Assembly: GCA_051294375.1 (NCBI GenBank)
Contig: CM119267.1
Location: 8,656,843 to 8,720,842 of the forward strand
From: Paraspadella gotoi
Taxonomy: Eukaryota; Animalia; Chaetognatha
Length of the DNA stretch: 64,000 bases
Reading direction: 5' to 3'
Shown here piece after piece: positions 11,817 through 26,500 of the stretch (positions within the stretch are counted from its first letter, which is position 1; the number at the start of each line of letters is the position of its first letter). Under the pieces are notes generated by a model. It saw only the letters and a list, made by a program, of their open reading frames with translations, was not told the DNA's origin and did not search any database. The position numbers and the translations under genes are program-made.

Positions 11817-14800
11817 GAAGAGAGAGAGAGAGAGAGACGAGAGAGAGAGGAGAGAGAGAGAAAATACAAAGGATGAAGAAAGGTTCGCGTCTGTTGCTTT
11901 TAATATGACGCATTTTATCTTCTTAGTTTTCTCTCTCGGTTTCTCTCTAACAATGCAAAGAAAATACTATACTTACTGTATATCTCGTGTAGACTATAGT
12001 TTAAACTGTAAAACCAAAAACTCCCGATCTAAAAAACATTTTTAATTTTCCGATCACATTTGGTTTCCCCGTTCAGCATTCGCCTTCACCTTTCTTCACA
12101 AAAACTTTCCCAAAAAATTATCATCCACCTTTGCAAATAGGTCGACTTTTTTGTTAAACGGTCACAAACAGATGGACGCACCTGTTCGAAATTTCCGCAG
12201 TCACGGCGCGTGGGCGGCACCTTGCCATCTCAACGAGAAAGGCTCGCTCTTGAGTGGGCGTGGCCTTCCCGTCATTCTCGCGCTTTTTTAGGTTTTTTTT
12301 TTAAAAAAGTTTTGTTTTTGTGTTTTTTTCGGTTGTCGTCGTCGAAGCGGCGCGGGTTCTCTTTCATTATTAATGAATACAATGACTGCGAAAAACAATC
12401 GATGCTCCTCTTTTGTTTTTTTTTTTTTTTTTTTCTCCTCTTATTAATTTTTTTTCAGTTTTTAAATTTTTCAAGAATCTTTTCTTGACTGGCGAAAGTC
12501 GGAGAATTCTGGCGGCGATAGAAGATCACGTGACAGGAAAGAAAAAACTAGACACTGGAAACAGAGAGAGAAAAGAGATAAGAGAGAGAGGAGAGGAGAT
12601 GAGAGAGAGAGACCGAGAGAGAGAGACGAAGAGAGAGAGGAGAGAGAGGACGAGAGAGGAGAGAGAGAGAGGAGCGAAAAAAGTGAATACATTAAAAAGA
12701 AACAAAATCACAAGCATGGACTGAGGTTTTAAAGCGGGACAGAGAAAACAATGTGTGAGCGAGAAGAGAAAAAGAGAGAAAGAGAGAGAGAAGAGAGAGA
12801 GAGAAGGATGAGAGAGAGGAGGAGGAAAGAAGAGAGAGAGAGAGAGAGGAGAGACGTGAGAGAGAGTAGAGAGAGGAGAGACCGAGGAAGAGAGAGAGAG
12901 AGAGGAGAGAAGAGGAGGGTGAATGAGAATGTACGAAGAGAGCGAGAGAGAGAGAGATGGGTTAGGATCTAGAAAAAGAGTTTTTAAGCCTGAGGACGAG
13001 AAACGCCAGAAGAAAAAGGATGAGGAGGGAAGGAAAGAGACCCGCCGCGTTTCAAACGACGACGACGACGACGACGACGACGCGACCGGGGATCGGATAT
13101 GGCGAATTATCGTCTGCGCGGCCCAAAAGTAGAGTAATACAAGAAGGAAGCCTCAACGGAGGAGACGAATCGGAGGAGGAAAGGGAGATTTTTTCTTCTG
13201 GAGACCGAAATAAGGGAGGAAAGGAAAAAGCGAAAGGATGGAAAGAGGGAAGGAAAATTAGAATTAAGGAAAAGGTGGAGAAAGAAAAGAAGAAATGGGG
13301 GGAAAAATGTAATATGGAAGATAAAATTTTGTAAAGTGGAAAATTTAGAGAAAAAAGACAACAGAAAGAAAAGGAGAAGAGAGGAAAAGCAGATGTAGAA
13401 TGATAAAGGAAAAAAAGGGAAAAATTTAAAAAGGAAGAAAGGAAAGGAAAAGAAAGGAAGTCAAAGCAAAAATCAGGAACACTGAGGTGGAAACCAAACG
13501 CAGTCACAAGGGATAGGAATTGTGGTATATACGAAATATAAAGCATATCAAATTAGGAATAAGAAATAATGCCGCAAGAAACGCGTTAAAGGACAAAATA
13601 AATTTTGTGCAAAGAAAGAAAAGAAAAAATATTCAAAAAAAAGAAGGAAATAAAGTGGGCAAACAAAATCTAGGAAAATAATTGGGAAAACGGCGGGAAA
13701 AAATTTGAAAAATTGCAAAAGCCCAGGAACACCCTGATTGAGCAATAAACCAAAAGCACAATTTGAAGAAAAACCGAAAAAAAAGTTTTCAAAATGCAAA
13801 AAAAACAAACAAACCAAAAAAAAAAAGAATTCGTCGAACTATAGTGCGTATTTGAAAAATTAAAAGACGAGACGTACAGTGAGGAAAACAAACCTTTGGT
13901 GAAAAATGGGGAGTGAGTAAAAAGTTCGGAACAACAAATGAATTTGAAAATGGGAACGAGGATATGAAAAGGAGGAAAAAAGAGGAGGAGGCCGCTGTAA
14001 GAAAATCGTGATGAGCGAAAAATCACGAGGGAACTGTCGGGACTGAAGAAGAGAAAAGAGTGAAAGAATTAAAAGTCTGACTAAGTGAAGGGACTGGATA
14101 AAAAGGGAAAGATAATTAACAATTTATTTAGAATCTAGAACTTGGGAAGTGGAAGTCAATGTATATTGGCCAAAAGCAATAATTCGGGGCTGTATTGTGA
14201 TGGTAAAGTTAAGAATACGTAAAAGCTGGAAAATTTAGTAAAATGAAAAGCTTGTTAAAAATTGATTCAACGATGTTAGTATTTAGGTTATAAAAAATAA
14301 ATAGAAACAATGAACATGAAAGGATTAAATAAAAGGCAAAGCCAAAGAGGAACGAGGATTTTTGAATGATTATAAGTGTGATAACGGATAAGGAAAAAAA
14401 TATTCACTAACAAAAAAAAACAGAGGAAAACAGGGAATTAGGCGACTTGGTGATAATGGAAACAAGATGAAAACAGGAATGAAAACTAGGATATAAAGAA
14501 AAACAAGGCGACAAGGGGAAAAACAGGAAGAGCACAAGGGAAGATGCCGATAAGCGAAGACTCGGAAAGGATATCGTTTCGGAATCCCAAAGTTTAATTT
14601 GAAATTTTAGACGAGCAGCAAGAAGCAGGGAGGCATGGAGCTATGGAGGCATGAGGAAGGAACGTCTGAAGATAATCATTTCGTTGGGATAGGCGTCGAT
14701 CAACGATGCTTCTGTTTGTAACTAAGCGACTTTGAGAGACAGAAAATAAATGATTATCAAAAAACTGATAAAAAAAAGACAAAAGACAAAAGACAAGCGA

Positions 14801-17800
14801 TTACAGAGAATGTAAATTATATTTTACACTACATTATAAACTACGTACAAATTTAAGGAAGAAAACCAAATAGACTTAAATTTATGCGAAAGTTTACCGA
14901 TATTTTTTAACATAACTTCAAATATTTTAGTCTTTATTCCGAAAAATGGCGTACGTTTTTGGTTTTTTGGGGGGGGGTTTTTTTATTCTTGGGTTTATTT
15001 TTCTTGTTCCCAATACGGAGTGATGAGCACAAACACACGAATTAATTGGCCAAGGGGTCCAACCTCCCAAAAACCCTTTCCTCTGGAAAAGAGACTGCGT
15101 TTGGAATGGTCGTCCCGGGACGCAAATTTGAAGCCAACCTTTTTTTTTGAGAGGGGGAGAGTACCTCCTCCTCTCACGCACTTCGATGGCCCCCAATTTT
15201 TTACGCATAACTTCGATCAGCCTTTCCCACGGCGTACTCGGACGTCTTCTTCCTCCTACTCTTCCTCCTCCCACAAGCTCGGCCCAAATTCCTCCACCCG
15301 GGAAACCCAATTTGCCGACTCTCGCTCTTTTTTTTCTTGTTTTTTTTTGGTTGCGAACCAGAAACAACTTCCGGTTACGCTTTTTCCGGGGGGTTTTTTT
15401 TTTTTTTTTTCCCGTTCCTCCAAACGTAAGCTTCAAAATTCCAAAGTAGAAAATCAGCACTAGTGGAGATTCTGAGCTTTGTAATTGATAAGAATATTCT
15501 AAAATCGATATTCGAATTGTACAGAAATTGTAGAGAAATCCCGATGCCAGAAATTGTTTTGTTCCCTTTAACCTTCGAGGAAGAAAAACTTGTAGAATAA
15601 CTTATCGGGCATTGGAAATAAGTTCCAGCCCGCCTAGCGCCTTATCACAATATTTTAAAAAATTTTCGAACCATTATTTTAAAAATGTAAACCAATTTTT
15701 TCTCTCTCTCTCCCATTTAAAAATAATTGCCAAATGCCACAAATTAGCCATACGATTTTCTGATTTCAATATTCTACTCACTAATTTGTGGTTCGACACC
15801 TTCAGTCCGTACACTATATAAAAAGAACCAAAGAAAACGAAGGGATGGGAACATTCACTGCCCCCCCTCCCCGCAAATTCAAGGCTTCCCGCCCCCTCTT
15901 CTTCATCCCTCTCCCCCTTCTCCCGCTTTCCAGCCTTATGCTCTACTTGGGGAGATTTTATATTTTATGATTGACCGAGGGAAGGTTACAAGAAAGGATA
16001 AAGAAAAGAGAGGAGAAAAAGTCGAGAAATTCCGAGGATGAAAATTCGCCGCGAGATTGAAATAAATGTTGATTTCCAGCTTGGTGACGAAAGATAATCT
16101 GTATGTACATTGTACAATCAGGGAAACCAAATTTTTGAGATATTAATGAGAAAAAAAAAGTGTAATTCGATAATTGAAGTGATTAGGAAAGAGGAAAGAA
16201 GAAAAAGCGCAACTCCAGGGTGTTCGCACGTCAACGAATTACAAAATAAGTTCGCGTTCCAGTGCTGCACAATAAGCGTTAATTGGTTCATCAGCTAATT
16301 GTTAAGAATACAACTAAACTTCAGTATTACAGAGTGTATACTGATTACATTGCGTTAAAAGTGACATATTTTCAACGATTGACCGAGTTCTGCTGCGCAA
16401 TCAAAAAGTGAGAGATTGGTACAGCGTTTTTTTATCTCGTTTTCGTAATGAAAAACCAAACTCAAGCGAAGAAAGAAAAAAGGGAAATTCAATGAGTGAC
16501 TAAAAAGCAATCACGCCTTCGAGAGAAAGAAAGCGATTGCCGTTCGAAGTTGAAAAAAGCCCCCTCTCGAACGAGGCGGGAAAAGAGAAAGGCCATCCGT
16601 AAAAGAATAGCGATCTAAATTGAGTGGACGAAGAGAAAAAAAGCAATCGAATGGCAAGGCGTGTTTTTGGCGGGGCGATTTAGGAAGACCGAAAAGTGAA
16701 ACCATTTGGAAAATGGGGAGGGAAAGCGATCGCGAATCGCTTACGGGTCGGAGATAGGAAAAGGACCTCTCTCCCCCAACCTACGAAAAAAAAAATAGAA
16801 TAAACAGGGTGACGTCGTAGGCGAAGTTCCAATTCGCCGACCCGGGAAAACATCGAAGGCGGTAAGGGTAGGCGAAGGGAAGGGGCGCAGGAGTCGCCTA
16901 TAAACATCCCGGTCGGCGTTCGATTTCCGAGGGCAATTCACGCGCCAGTCGTTCGTCGCAGTCGGAGTCGCTTCCGTCATTTTTAACTTCTGATCGTGCA
17001 TGCTCGATTTGGGGAAAAAAAAAAAAAGATAATCCCAAATGCAACTAACAGCAGATTTGAGGGATTCTGATAAAAGTTTGCACATCACTGAAGCTTTGGC
17101 GATACTCTCTCTCGTTATCCGCTAATAAGCGAAGCTTAACGTCTCCACTGGTCAGCGCCTCTTAGTATTTAAAAATTAGCACTGAGAAAAATATTCCTTC
17201 GCCCTCCCACTTGATATCCGGGACAGCGACGTCTATTCTCAGCGTGGGAGGAATTAATCGCCAAGACGACGAAGACGACGACGAACAGCGGCGGCCCAAG
17301 AAAAACTATGACGAAGGATACGACGGCGAAGGAGAATCATCCCAAGGCGACAAAAATCTATCTTCATGAATGGAAAGTGTATTGAAGTAGACAAAAGGTG
17401 GAAAAGAAAAAAAAAAACACGATACTAAATAAACAGTCGTTTAATCAGAACTCATACAACATCCTTTTTGACCTTATCTAAACCTTCAGATTTTAGGTAA
17501 AATTTTTTTTTTATTCACAAAATTTAATACTGAAGACTTCCTGCCCGGGACGAGAAACGAACAAGGACGAAAACTTATCCCGTCGTCGTGGATACGAACG
17601 AAGACGGTCACGTCGCCTGACAACGATGACCGAATAGGAGGAAAACAATTCGTGCCGAACTTACAAGATAGTCTTCGGGTCGTTTAACCGAAACGTTCTC
17701 CGCGAAGTCAACCGGAGACGGCGAGGGGTTGCGGAGTGGAGATTCGGTTGAGGGAAGTTGGCGTTTCGGAAAAATTGGGGGAGGGTTTTGTGGGCCGACA

Positions 17801-17992
17801 AGAGGGAAGCTGTTTTCGCCAAAAAATTGCAGGAGTTGTAAACAGCCGCGAGGAGAATAAAAAGAGAATTTGTCAGGGATATATTATAAGGATAGAAATC
17901 CCTTACTGGCTTTGAGAAAGTTATAAAAAAGAAATAAATAGCTCGCAAACGTTTTTTTTACTCTGCCTTATTTATTAATTTTCTTCCTTAAC

Positions 17993-20400
17993 CGAAAATG
18001 TTTTGCGGTAATGAGGACAGCGGAGAGCTTGGGTCGCATCAGAGTGGGTTTTAACTCATAACAGTCGAGTATGCTGTCTAGTTATGAGAAAAGCAAAAGG
18101 AGGACTGCTTCAGGTCCTTCCATAATGACGGTGTTGTGAATTAGGGTTTACGTTCAAATTGTGAGATGATCGATCGGGATGGATGGATGGAGAAGGAAGC
18201 AACGTTCGGGATTATGAGCCCCCGTCCAATTTTGGGCGAAACGTTTGCCTTCTTCTCTCATTTTTTCGTTGAGTCAACAAGGAATGTTTTCTCTGCCCTT
18301 CTTCCGATTCATATTGCTGTTTTGGGTTATGTTTGGCCTTGCCTTTTTCGCCAGGCCTCCCGTGATATTTTTTTCTTATTATTATTTGCAAAAAGTCAGG
18401 TTATTTTGTTTATCGTATGACATTGGACGACGTTTCTGATAAAGAACAACCAAGTTCGTGGGGTTTCAATATTTTTTAAAGATATATGAATTTGATGTTT
18501 TTCTCTCCCTTCAATCCATTTTTTTCCCTTATTTTCTTCCCCTCACTTTAGAGAATCACACTCTAGAGTTCCAAATCTATAGTTAAATTCAGCTTTGTTT
18601 TGGTTTGTCCCTCCCCCAAATTTTTTGGGTTAGATTTGTTCGTGTTACTATTTCAAATCTTTTTTTTTTCGCTTCCCTATTCGTTTTAATTTGTTTATCA
18701 TTCCACCCCCCATTTTTTTTTCATCACTAGTCTCTACCTCTCTCTCCTTCCCTCCACAACTACTCACCTCTGTGGTTCCTCCCTTTTCCTCCCTTTCTCT
18801 CCATCCGTCTTCTCCACGCTGTTTTTCGTGGATCGAATCGTCTCTTTCTTCTGTCTTTCCTTTTTTTCGTGAATTCTGAGCTGAGGGAAGAAAAAGAGCA
18901 GAAAAGGGGCAGAGAACAAAATAAGATGTTGTTTGTCAGTTTCTAAATTGTTTGAGAACGCGCGGCCGTTTTATTTTAACATTCCGTAAATTTTTAGCCG
19001 TAGGCTGAAAGTTGAAAACTTACAGTCACCTAAATGTGATCATTTACTCTTTTTTTTTAACTTTTCTTGCCTTGAATCAAATACATAAATAAAATTTTAT
19101 AAATTAAAATAGTTCTGAATTTAGTAATTAACCTTGCATATTAAAATGTTTTTATTTTCTTAACCAAAAAAAACCCCCATTTAAAACCTTTTCTCTTGTT
19201 TTTTCGTTGCAATCATGGCCCAGCTTGGCGCGCTCTCGGGGGTCAATTTCGTCTCTGCCTTTGTTTCTTCTCTTGGCTCGTCGATCGCGTTTTTTCGATT
19301 CAGAATCCTAACCGTAAAAAACAAAACCTTAAGTTTAAATACTTTAAAAATTTTCTGGTTTTGCTTTCTTATAAATAAATAACCTTCTTGGTTTTGTTGT
19401 TAGATTTTGGCTCTCTTTTTAATTTCTCTTCGGTGCCCTTTTGGAGATTACGTGTCCCGATCGTTCATTGATTTCCGCGATCACCTTTTCGCGAATTTAA
19501 AAAATTTTCGAGATTATTCAACCCTATATTTTAACTAAAATTGTCGAGTGTTTAAAATTAATTAATATAACGCTCATCTATTTCTGCAGCGACTTTGCGC
19601 CGATTGGGGTCGGTACAAAGGAAGTTCTTTATCCGCCGCTCCTCGTCCTCTCGTCGTCGTCGTCGTCGTCGTCGTTCGTCATCTCGGACTCCGCGTCGTC
19701 TGGAATAGGCCAAGAAAAAAAAATTATTTATTTAGTATAATATATACTATTTTGTCTGGGTGCGAAAATTTTTGAGAGTCTTACCGTCATCCTTGATCCG
19801 AAGCGGCGCCAATTTTCCCAGTGTGGCGCATCGAGATTTGCGCCGCGGTTGTATGAAGTAACGCGTTGACGGCGCCGCAAGATGCAAGTCTGAGAATTTC
19901 AATTTCGAACAGCTCTAACAGACAGACAAACCAGAATAGAGAAAATGACATTTTTTTTATCATAGAATGCCTTACCAAAAAAATCAGATTTTTAAGTATT
20001 ATCACCATTACATCACCAGGAGAAAATCTAGTTCCTCACGGGATAATCTTTGGTATCGAAGTTCGGATTTGCGGAGTCGCGAAGTCGCATTCGAAGGGAG
20101 AGCTCGTTGGAACTTCTCTCGCGCTAAAACATGTAAATCATTACATACTAAAAATACCAAAAATATTATGATATATTTTTAAATGAATTTTTTTTTTTCT
20201 CACTTAAAATCTTTTTTTTTTTAAGGAATTAACCGTTGTTCTTTTTCCTGTTCGCAAAATTCCATCGCAAAAACTATTGCATTGCGCCGCCTCGCGAAAT
20301 TGAAGTCACACAAAAACAAGATGACAAATAATTTGCCAATGAATTATATTTACCCTCATGACAGAAACTACCTACCAATGCAAATAATATTTGTTTTAAC
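17993..20400 (-). CDS. Copy B of the unknown multi-exon gene
   Basis: Same as 6191-8598 shifted by 11802; microexon at 19024-19029. Confidence 0.5.
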
Positions 20401-21223
20401 CTGTCAATCACGACCCATGCAAAACATATATAAAACGTTACTTATTTTGATTTTTGTGTGCTATCATTTTAGTACTTATACATTTTAGCATGAGCAATAG
20501 AAACAGCAAATAAAAATAATAAAATTAATACATAATTAATAAATTACAATAAAGTAAAAAACGAAAAAACACATAAAAAATCATAAACATAAATAAATTT
20601 ATGTAATAAAATATAGAATTAAATTATATAACATTTACGCAGTGGCCATATTTATTACTATACTATCCAATAAATGTTAAAATTTCAAACAGTTTTTTCT
20701 AAGATTTTTTGCAGGATTGGTTCGTCATAAAAGTAGAATAAAACGACACAATATAACTCTTTTTAAAAATTCTTCATTAAGTGGTGTCAAAAATTAAAAA
20801 AGCTATATTTTAAGCTGAAATTAACTTTTATATGTCAATTAGTTAATTAAATTTTTAACCCCCTTAATGAAAGAAATTTCAAAAATGATTTATATTTTTC
20901 TTCTATCAACTTTTGACTGGGAATTCAAATCGCAATCAAATTAAGAAAAGTATGTTAAAAATTTTTCAATTTTTAGGATAGTACGTAAATAAATATAGCC
21001 TACGGCGGAAAATTGAAGAACATAAAATAAATTTTCTTTACAAAATAAATATTTACTACTCTGATGTTGTTCATTAATTGCATTTATAATTCACTGACGC
21101 CTAAATTAGCAACCGTGAAAAAATCGACCAGGTGAATGTTTTTAGACGTGGGTATATTATTTATATGAAATGATTGCCAATACTATCTCTCTCTTTTTNN
21201 NNNNNNNNNNNNNNNNNNNNNNN

Positions 21224-23321
21224 TTTTTTTTTCTCGAGAAGCTTAGAAGGGAAAAAAAAAATTCAGAATTCGTTTGGGTCGAGGAATCTTTCATGAGCTC
21301 TAGTTTTCTGCTCCCGTCGGTCGGTCGGTCTTGGTTTTTGTTGTTGTTGTCGGAAGATTTGGGATAATGAGAACAATAACGAGAACGACCAAGACATTCA
21401 ATGGCAAACCAATTTATTGATGTCAAATATTTATCGGCCCGGTAAAGGTTGCGCAAGATACAACCACGATGTATAAAAAATATGAAAAAAATTATGCCAC
21501 CTATGAACAACGGTCAAATTGATAAAGAAGATTAAACGAAAATGGATAAAAACCAAATTTCACTTTGGCGACGAAAAAAAAGGCCAAGATTTTTAATTAC
21601 GATTACTCCAATAATTAGTACACCGCCCGACCGGAAATCCGGGAGCTGAATTTTCCGAGAAATTACCTTTCGTCGCCATTTTNNNNNNNNNNNNNNNNNN
21701 NNNNNNNNNNNNNNNNNNNNNNNNNNNNNNNNNNNNNNNNNNNNNNNNNNNNNNNNNNNNNNNNNNNNNNNNNNNNNNNNNNNNNNNNNNNNNNNNNNNN
21801 NNNNNNNNNNNNNNNNNNNNNNNNNNNNNNNNNNNNNNNNATAGAACTTTCGCCCCGAGTCCGTTCCTGATTACTTTGCATAAAAACGTTTCTTAATTGT
21901 ATTTTCTCCTTGGGTTGAGAAAAAAGGAGAGAGAAAAAAAATATTTCTTCCCCGTCAACTACTTTTATTTTATTTTCTCTCAAGGAATGTTTTCAACTTT
22001 TTTTTTCCGCGGCGTGTAGTGAGTCTTGGAAAGCTATTTTGAAATTTCGGTTTAGATTCATCGTAAATTTTTGCCTACTTCAATAGAGTATAGAGCTATT
22101 ATTCATTTTTAACTCTTTTTTTTTCTCCTTTCGTTATTTTTTTCCTTTTTCTTTTAAATTTTTTTTTCTCGGGAGGTTTCTTATTCTTCNNNNNNNNNNN
22201 NNNNNNNNNNNNNNNNNNNNNNNNNNNNNNNNNNNNNNNNNNNNNNNNNNNNNNNNNNNNNNNNNNNNNNNNNNNNNNNNNNNNNNNNNNNNNNNNNNNN
22301 NNNNNNNNNNNNNNNNNNNNNNNNNNNNNNNNNNNNNNNNNNNNNNNNNNNNNNNNNNNNNNNNNNNNNNNNNNNNNNNNNNNNNNNNNNNNNNNNNNNN
22401 NCCGCCATATTTTTATTTTTTAATTCGAAAGATTAAAAAAAAATATATAAATGCAAATGCGCATAAAGGGAGAAAAGGAAAAGGGAGGAAAACTAGTAAT
22501 ATATGCAGAGCGAGTGAGTGAGTAAAGAGGGGAGTACGGATGAGAGGAGAGACGAGAGGAGAGAGAGAGAGAGAGAGAGAGGGGAAGAGAGTAAGACGAG
22601 AGAGAGAGGAGAGAGAGAAAAATACAAAGGATGAAGAAAGGTCGCGTCTGTTGCTTTTTAATATGACGCATTCTTATCTTCTTAGTTTTCTCTCTCGTTT
22701 CTCTCTAAAATGCAAAGAAAATACTATATACTGTATATCTCGTGTAGACTGTAGTTTAAACTGAAAAAACGCAAAACTCCCACGCATCTAAAGAACATTT
22801 TGAATTTTCCGATCACATTGGTTTCCCCGTCAGCATTCGCCTTCACTTTCTTCACAAAAACTTTCCCAAAAAATTATCATCACCTTTCGCAAATAGGTCG
22901 ACTTTTTTGTTAAACTTCACAACAGATGACGCACCTGTCGAATTCCGCAGTCACGGCGCGTGGGCGGCACCTGCCAGTCTCAACGAGAAAGGCTCGCTCT
23001 TGAGGTGGGCGTGCCTCCCGTCGATTCTCGCGCTTTTTTAGTTTTTTTTTTCGTAAAAAAAGTTTTGTTTTTGTTTTTTTCGGTTGTCGTCGTCGAAGCG
23101 TCGCGGGGTTCTCTTTCATTAATTAATGAAAAATACACAATGACTGCGAAAAACAATCGATGCTCCTCTTTTGTTTATTTTTTTTTCTCCCTCTAATGAA
23201 TTTTTTTTTCAGTTGTTTTAAATTTTCAAGAAATCTTTTCTTGACTGGCGAAAGTCCGAGAAATTCGCGGAGATAAAAATCACGTGACAGGAAAGAAAAA
23301 ACTAGACACTGAAACAGAGAG

Positions 23322-23353
<32 letters not shown>

Positions 23354-23507
23354 CAGAGAGAGAGAAGAGAAGAGAGAGAGAGAGAGGAGAGAGAGAGAAG
23401 AGGAGAGCGAAAAAGTGAGAGGCATTAAAAAGAAACAAAATCACAGCTGGACTGAGAGTTTAAAGCTGGACAGAGAACAATGTGTGTGAGCGGAGAAGAA
23501 CAAAAGA

Positions 23508-23548
<41 letters not shown>

Positions 23549-26500
23549 GAGAATGTACAAGAGAGGGCAAAAAAATGGTTAGGATCTAGAAAAGAGTTTT
23601 AAGCCTGAGACGAGAAACGCCAGAGAGAAAAAGGATGAGGAAAAGAGGAAGGAAAGAGACGCGCGCGTTCAAACGACGACGACGACGACGACGACGACGC
23701 CGACCGGGGATCGGATATGGGCGAATTATCGTCTGCGCGCCAAAGTAATACAAGAAGGAGCCTCAACGGAGGAGACGAATCGGAGGAGGAAAGGGAGATT
23801 TTTCTTCTGGAGACCGAAATAATGGGAGGAAAGGAAAAAGCGAAAGGAGGAAAGAGGGAAGAAAATAGAATTAAGGAAAAGGTGAGAAGGAAAAGAAGAA
23901 ATGGGGGGGAAAAATTGTAATATGGAAGATAAAATTTTGTAAAGTGGAAAATTTAGAGAAAAAAGACAACAGAAAGAAAAGGAAAGAGAGGGAAAGCAGA
24001 TTAGAATGAAAAAAGGAAAAAATTAAAAGAGTGAAGGAAAGGAAAGGAAAAGAAAGGAAAGTCAAGCAAAAAATCAGGACACTGAGGTGGAAACCAAACA
24101 GTCACAAGGGATGGAATGTGGATAAAACGAAAATATAAAGCATATCAAATTAATAAGTAAAAAATAATGCCGCAGAAACGGGTTACAGGACAAAATAAAT
24201 TTGGTGCAAAGGAAGAAAAGAAAAATATTCAAAAAAAAAAGAAAGAAATAAAGGTGCAAACAAAATCTAGGAAATAATTTGAAAACTGCAAAAAAATTTG
24301 AAAAATGCAAAAAGGCCTAGGAACACCCTGATGTGAGCAATAAACAAAAGCAAATTTGAAGAAAAACCGAAAAAAAGTTTAAATGCAAAAAAAACAAACA
24401 AACAAACCAAAAAAAAAGAATTCGTCGGAACTATAGTGCGTATTTGAAAAATTAAAAGACGAGACGTAAGTGAGGAAAACAAACGCTTTGTGAAAAATGG
24501 GGAGTGAGATAAAAGTTGGAACAACAAATGAATTTGAAAAATGGGAAACGAGATAAAAGGAGGAAAAAAAGGAGGAGGAGGCCGCTTAAGAAAATCGTGA
24601 TGAGCGAAAAATCACGAGGGAACTGTCGGGACTGAAGAGAGAAAAGAGTGAAGAATTAAAGTCTGACTAAGTGAAGGACTGGATTAAAAAGGGGGAAAGA
24701 TAATTAACAATTTATTTAGAAAATCTAGAACGTGGAAAGTGGAATGTCAATGGTATATTGGCCAAAAGCAAATAATTCGGGGCTTATTGTGATGGTAAAG
24801 TTAAGAATACGTAAAAAGCTGAAAATTATTAAAAATGAAAAGCTTGTTAAAATTGATACAACGATGTAGTATTTAGTATAAAAAATAAATAGAAACAATG
24901 AAATGAAAGGATTAAATAAAAGGCAAAGCAAGAGGAACGAGGGATTTTGAATGGATTATAAAGTGGGATAAGGAAAAAAATATTCACTAACAAAAAAAAA
25001 AACAAGAGGAAAACAGGGAATTAGCGACTTGGTGATAAAGAAAACAAGATGAAAACAGGGAATGAAAGACTAGGATATAAAGAAAACAAGGACAAGGGAA
25101 AACAAGGAAGGAGCACAAGGGAAGATGCGATAAGCGAAGACTCGGAAAGGATAATCGTTCGAATCCAAAGTTTAATTTGAATTTAGATCGAGCAGCAAGG
25201 AAGCAGGGAGGCATGGAGGCATGGAGGCATGGAGGAAGGGAGACGTCTGAAGATAATCATTTCGTTGGGATAGGCGTCGATCAACGATGCTTCTGTTGTA
25301 ACTAAGCGACGGTTTGAGAGACAGAAAATAAAAGATTAACAAAAAAGTGATAAAAAAAGACAAAAGACAAAAGACAAGCGATAACAGAGAAGTAAATTAT
25401 ATTTACACTTTACATATAAACTACGTACAAATTTAAAGGAAGAAAAACCAAATAGACTTAAATTTATGCGAAAGTTTACGATGATTTTTTAACATAACTT
25501 CAAAATATTTTAGTCTTTTATTTCCGAAAATGGCGTACGTTTTTTGGGTTTTTGGTTTTTTTTTGGTTTATTTTTCTTTTCCCAAACGAGTGATGGAGCA
25601 CAAACAACGAATAACTTGGCAAGGGTCCAACCTCCAAACCCTTTCCTCTGGGAAAAGAGACTCGTTTTTGGAATGTCGGTCCCGGGACGCGAAATTGAAG
25701 CCAACCTTTTTTTTGGAGGGGGGGGAGAGTAGTCCTCCTCCCTCTCACGCACTTCGATGGCCCAATTCCGCCATAACTTCGATCAGCCCTCCCACGCGTA
25801 CTCGGACGTCTTCTTCCTCCTACTCTTCCTCCTTCCACAAAGGTCGGCCCAAAATTCCTCCACCGGGAAACCCAATTTGCCGACTCTCTCTCTTTTTTTC
25901 TCTTTTTTTTTTTTTTTTTTGGTGCGAACCAGGAAACAACTTCCGGTACGCTTCGTCCGTCCTGCCAAACGTAAGCTTCAAATTCCAAAGTAGAAAATCA
26001 AGCACTAGTGGAGATTCTGAGCTTTGTAATGATAAAGAAAATAAAATCGATATTCGAATTGTACAGAAATTGTAGAGAAATCCCGATGCCGGAAATTGTT
26101 TTGTTCCCTTTAACCTTTCGAGAAACTTGTCATAACTTATTCGGGCATTGGAATAAGTTCAGCCCGCCCTAGCGCCTTATCCACAAGTATTTTAAAATTT
26201 TCGAACCATTATTTTAAAAATGTAAACCAAATTTTTCTCTCTCTCTCCCATTAAAAATGAATGCCAAATGGCACAATTAGCCAATACGATTTTCTGATTT
26301 AAATAAATCTACTCAGCTAATTTTGTTCGACCACCTTCAGTCCTACACTATATAAAAAGGAACCAAAGAAACGAAGGGGATGGGAACGCATTCACTGCCC
26401 CCTCCCCGCAAATTCAAGGCTTCCCCCCCCCTCTTCTTCATCCTCTCCCCCTCTCCCCGCTTTCCAGCCTTATGCTCTACTTGGAGATTTATGATTTTTT

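Larger units (their letters stand above)
9654..21223. repeat. Copy B of ~11.8 kb segment (gap-bounded block; 11803-21223 matches 1-9421)
   Basis: Same sequence as copy A, including homopolymer lengths and apparent errors. Flanked by 25-N gaps. Confidence 0.97.
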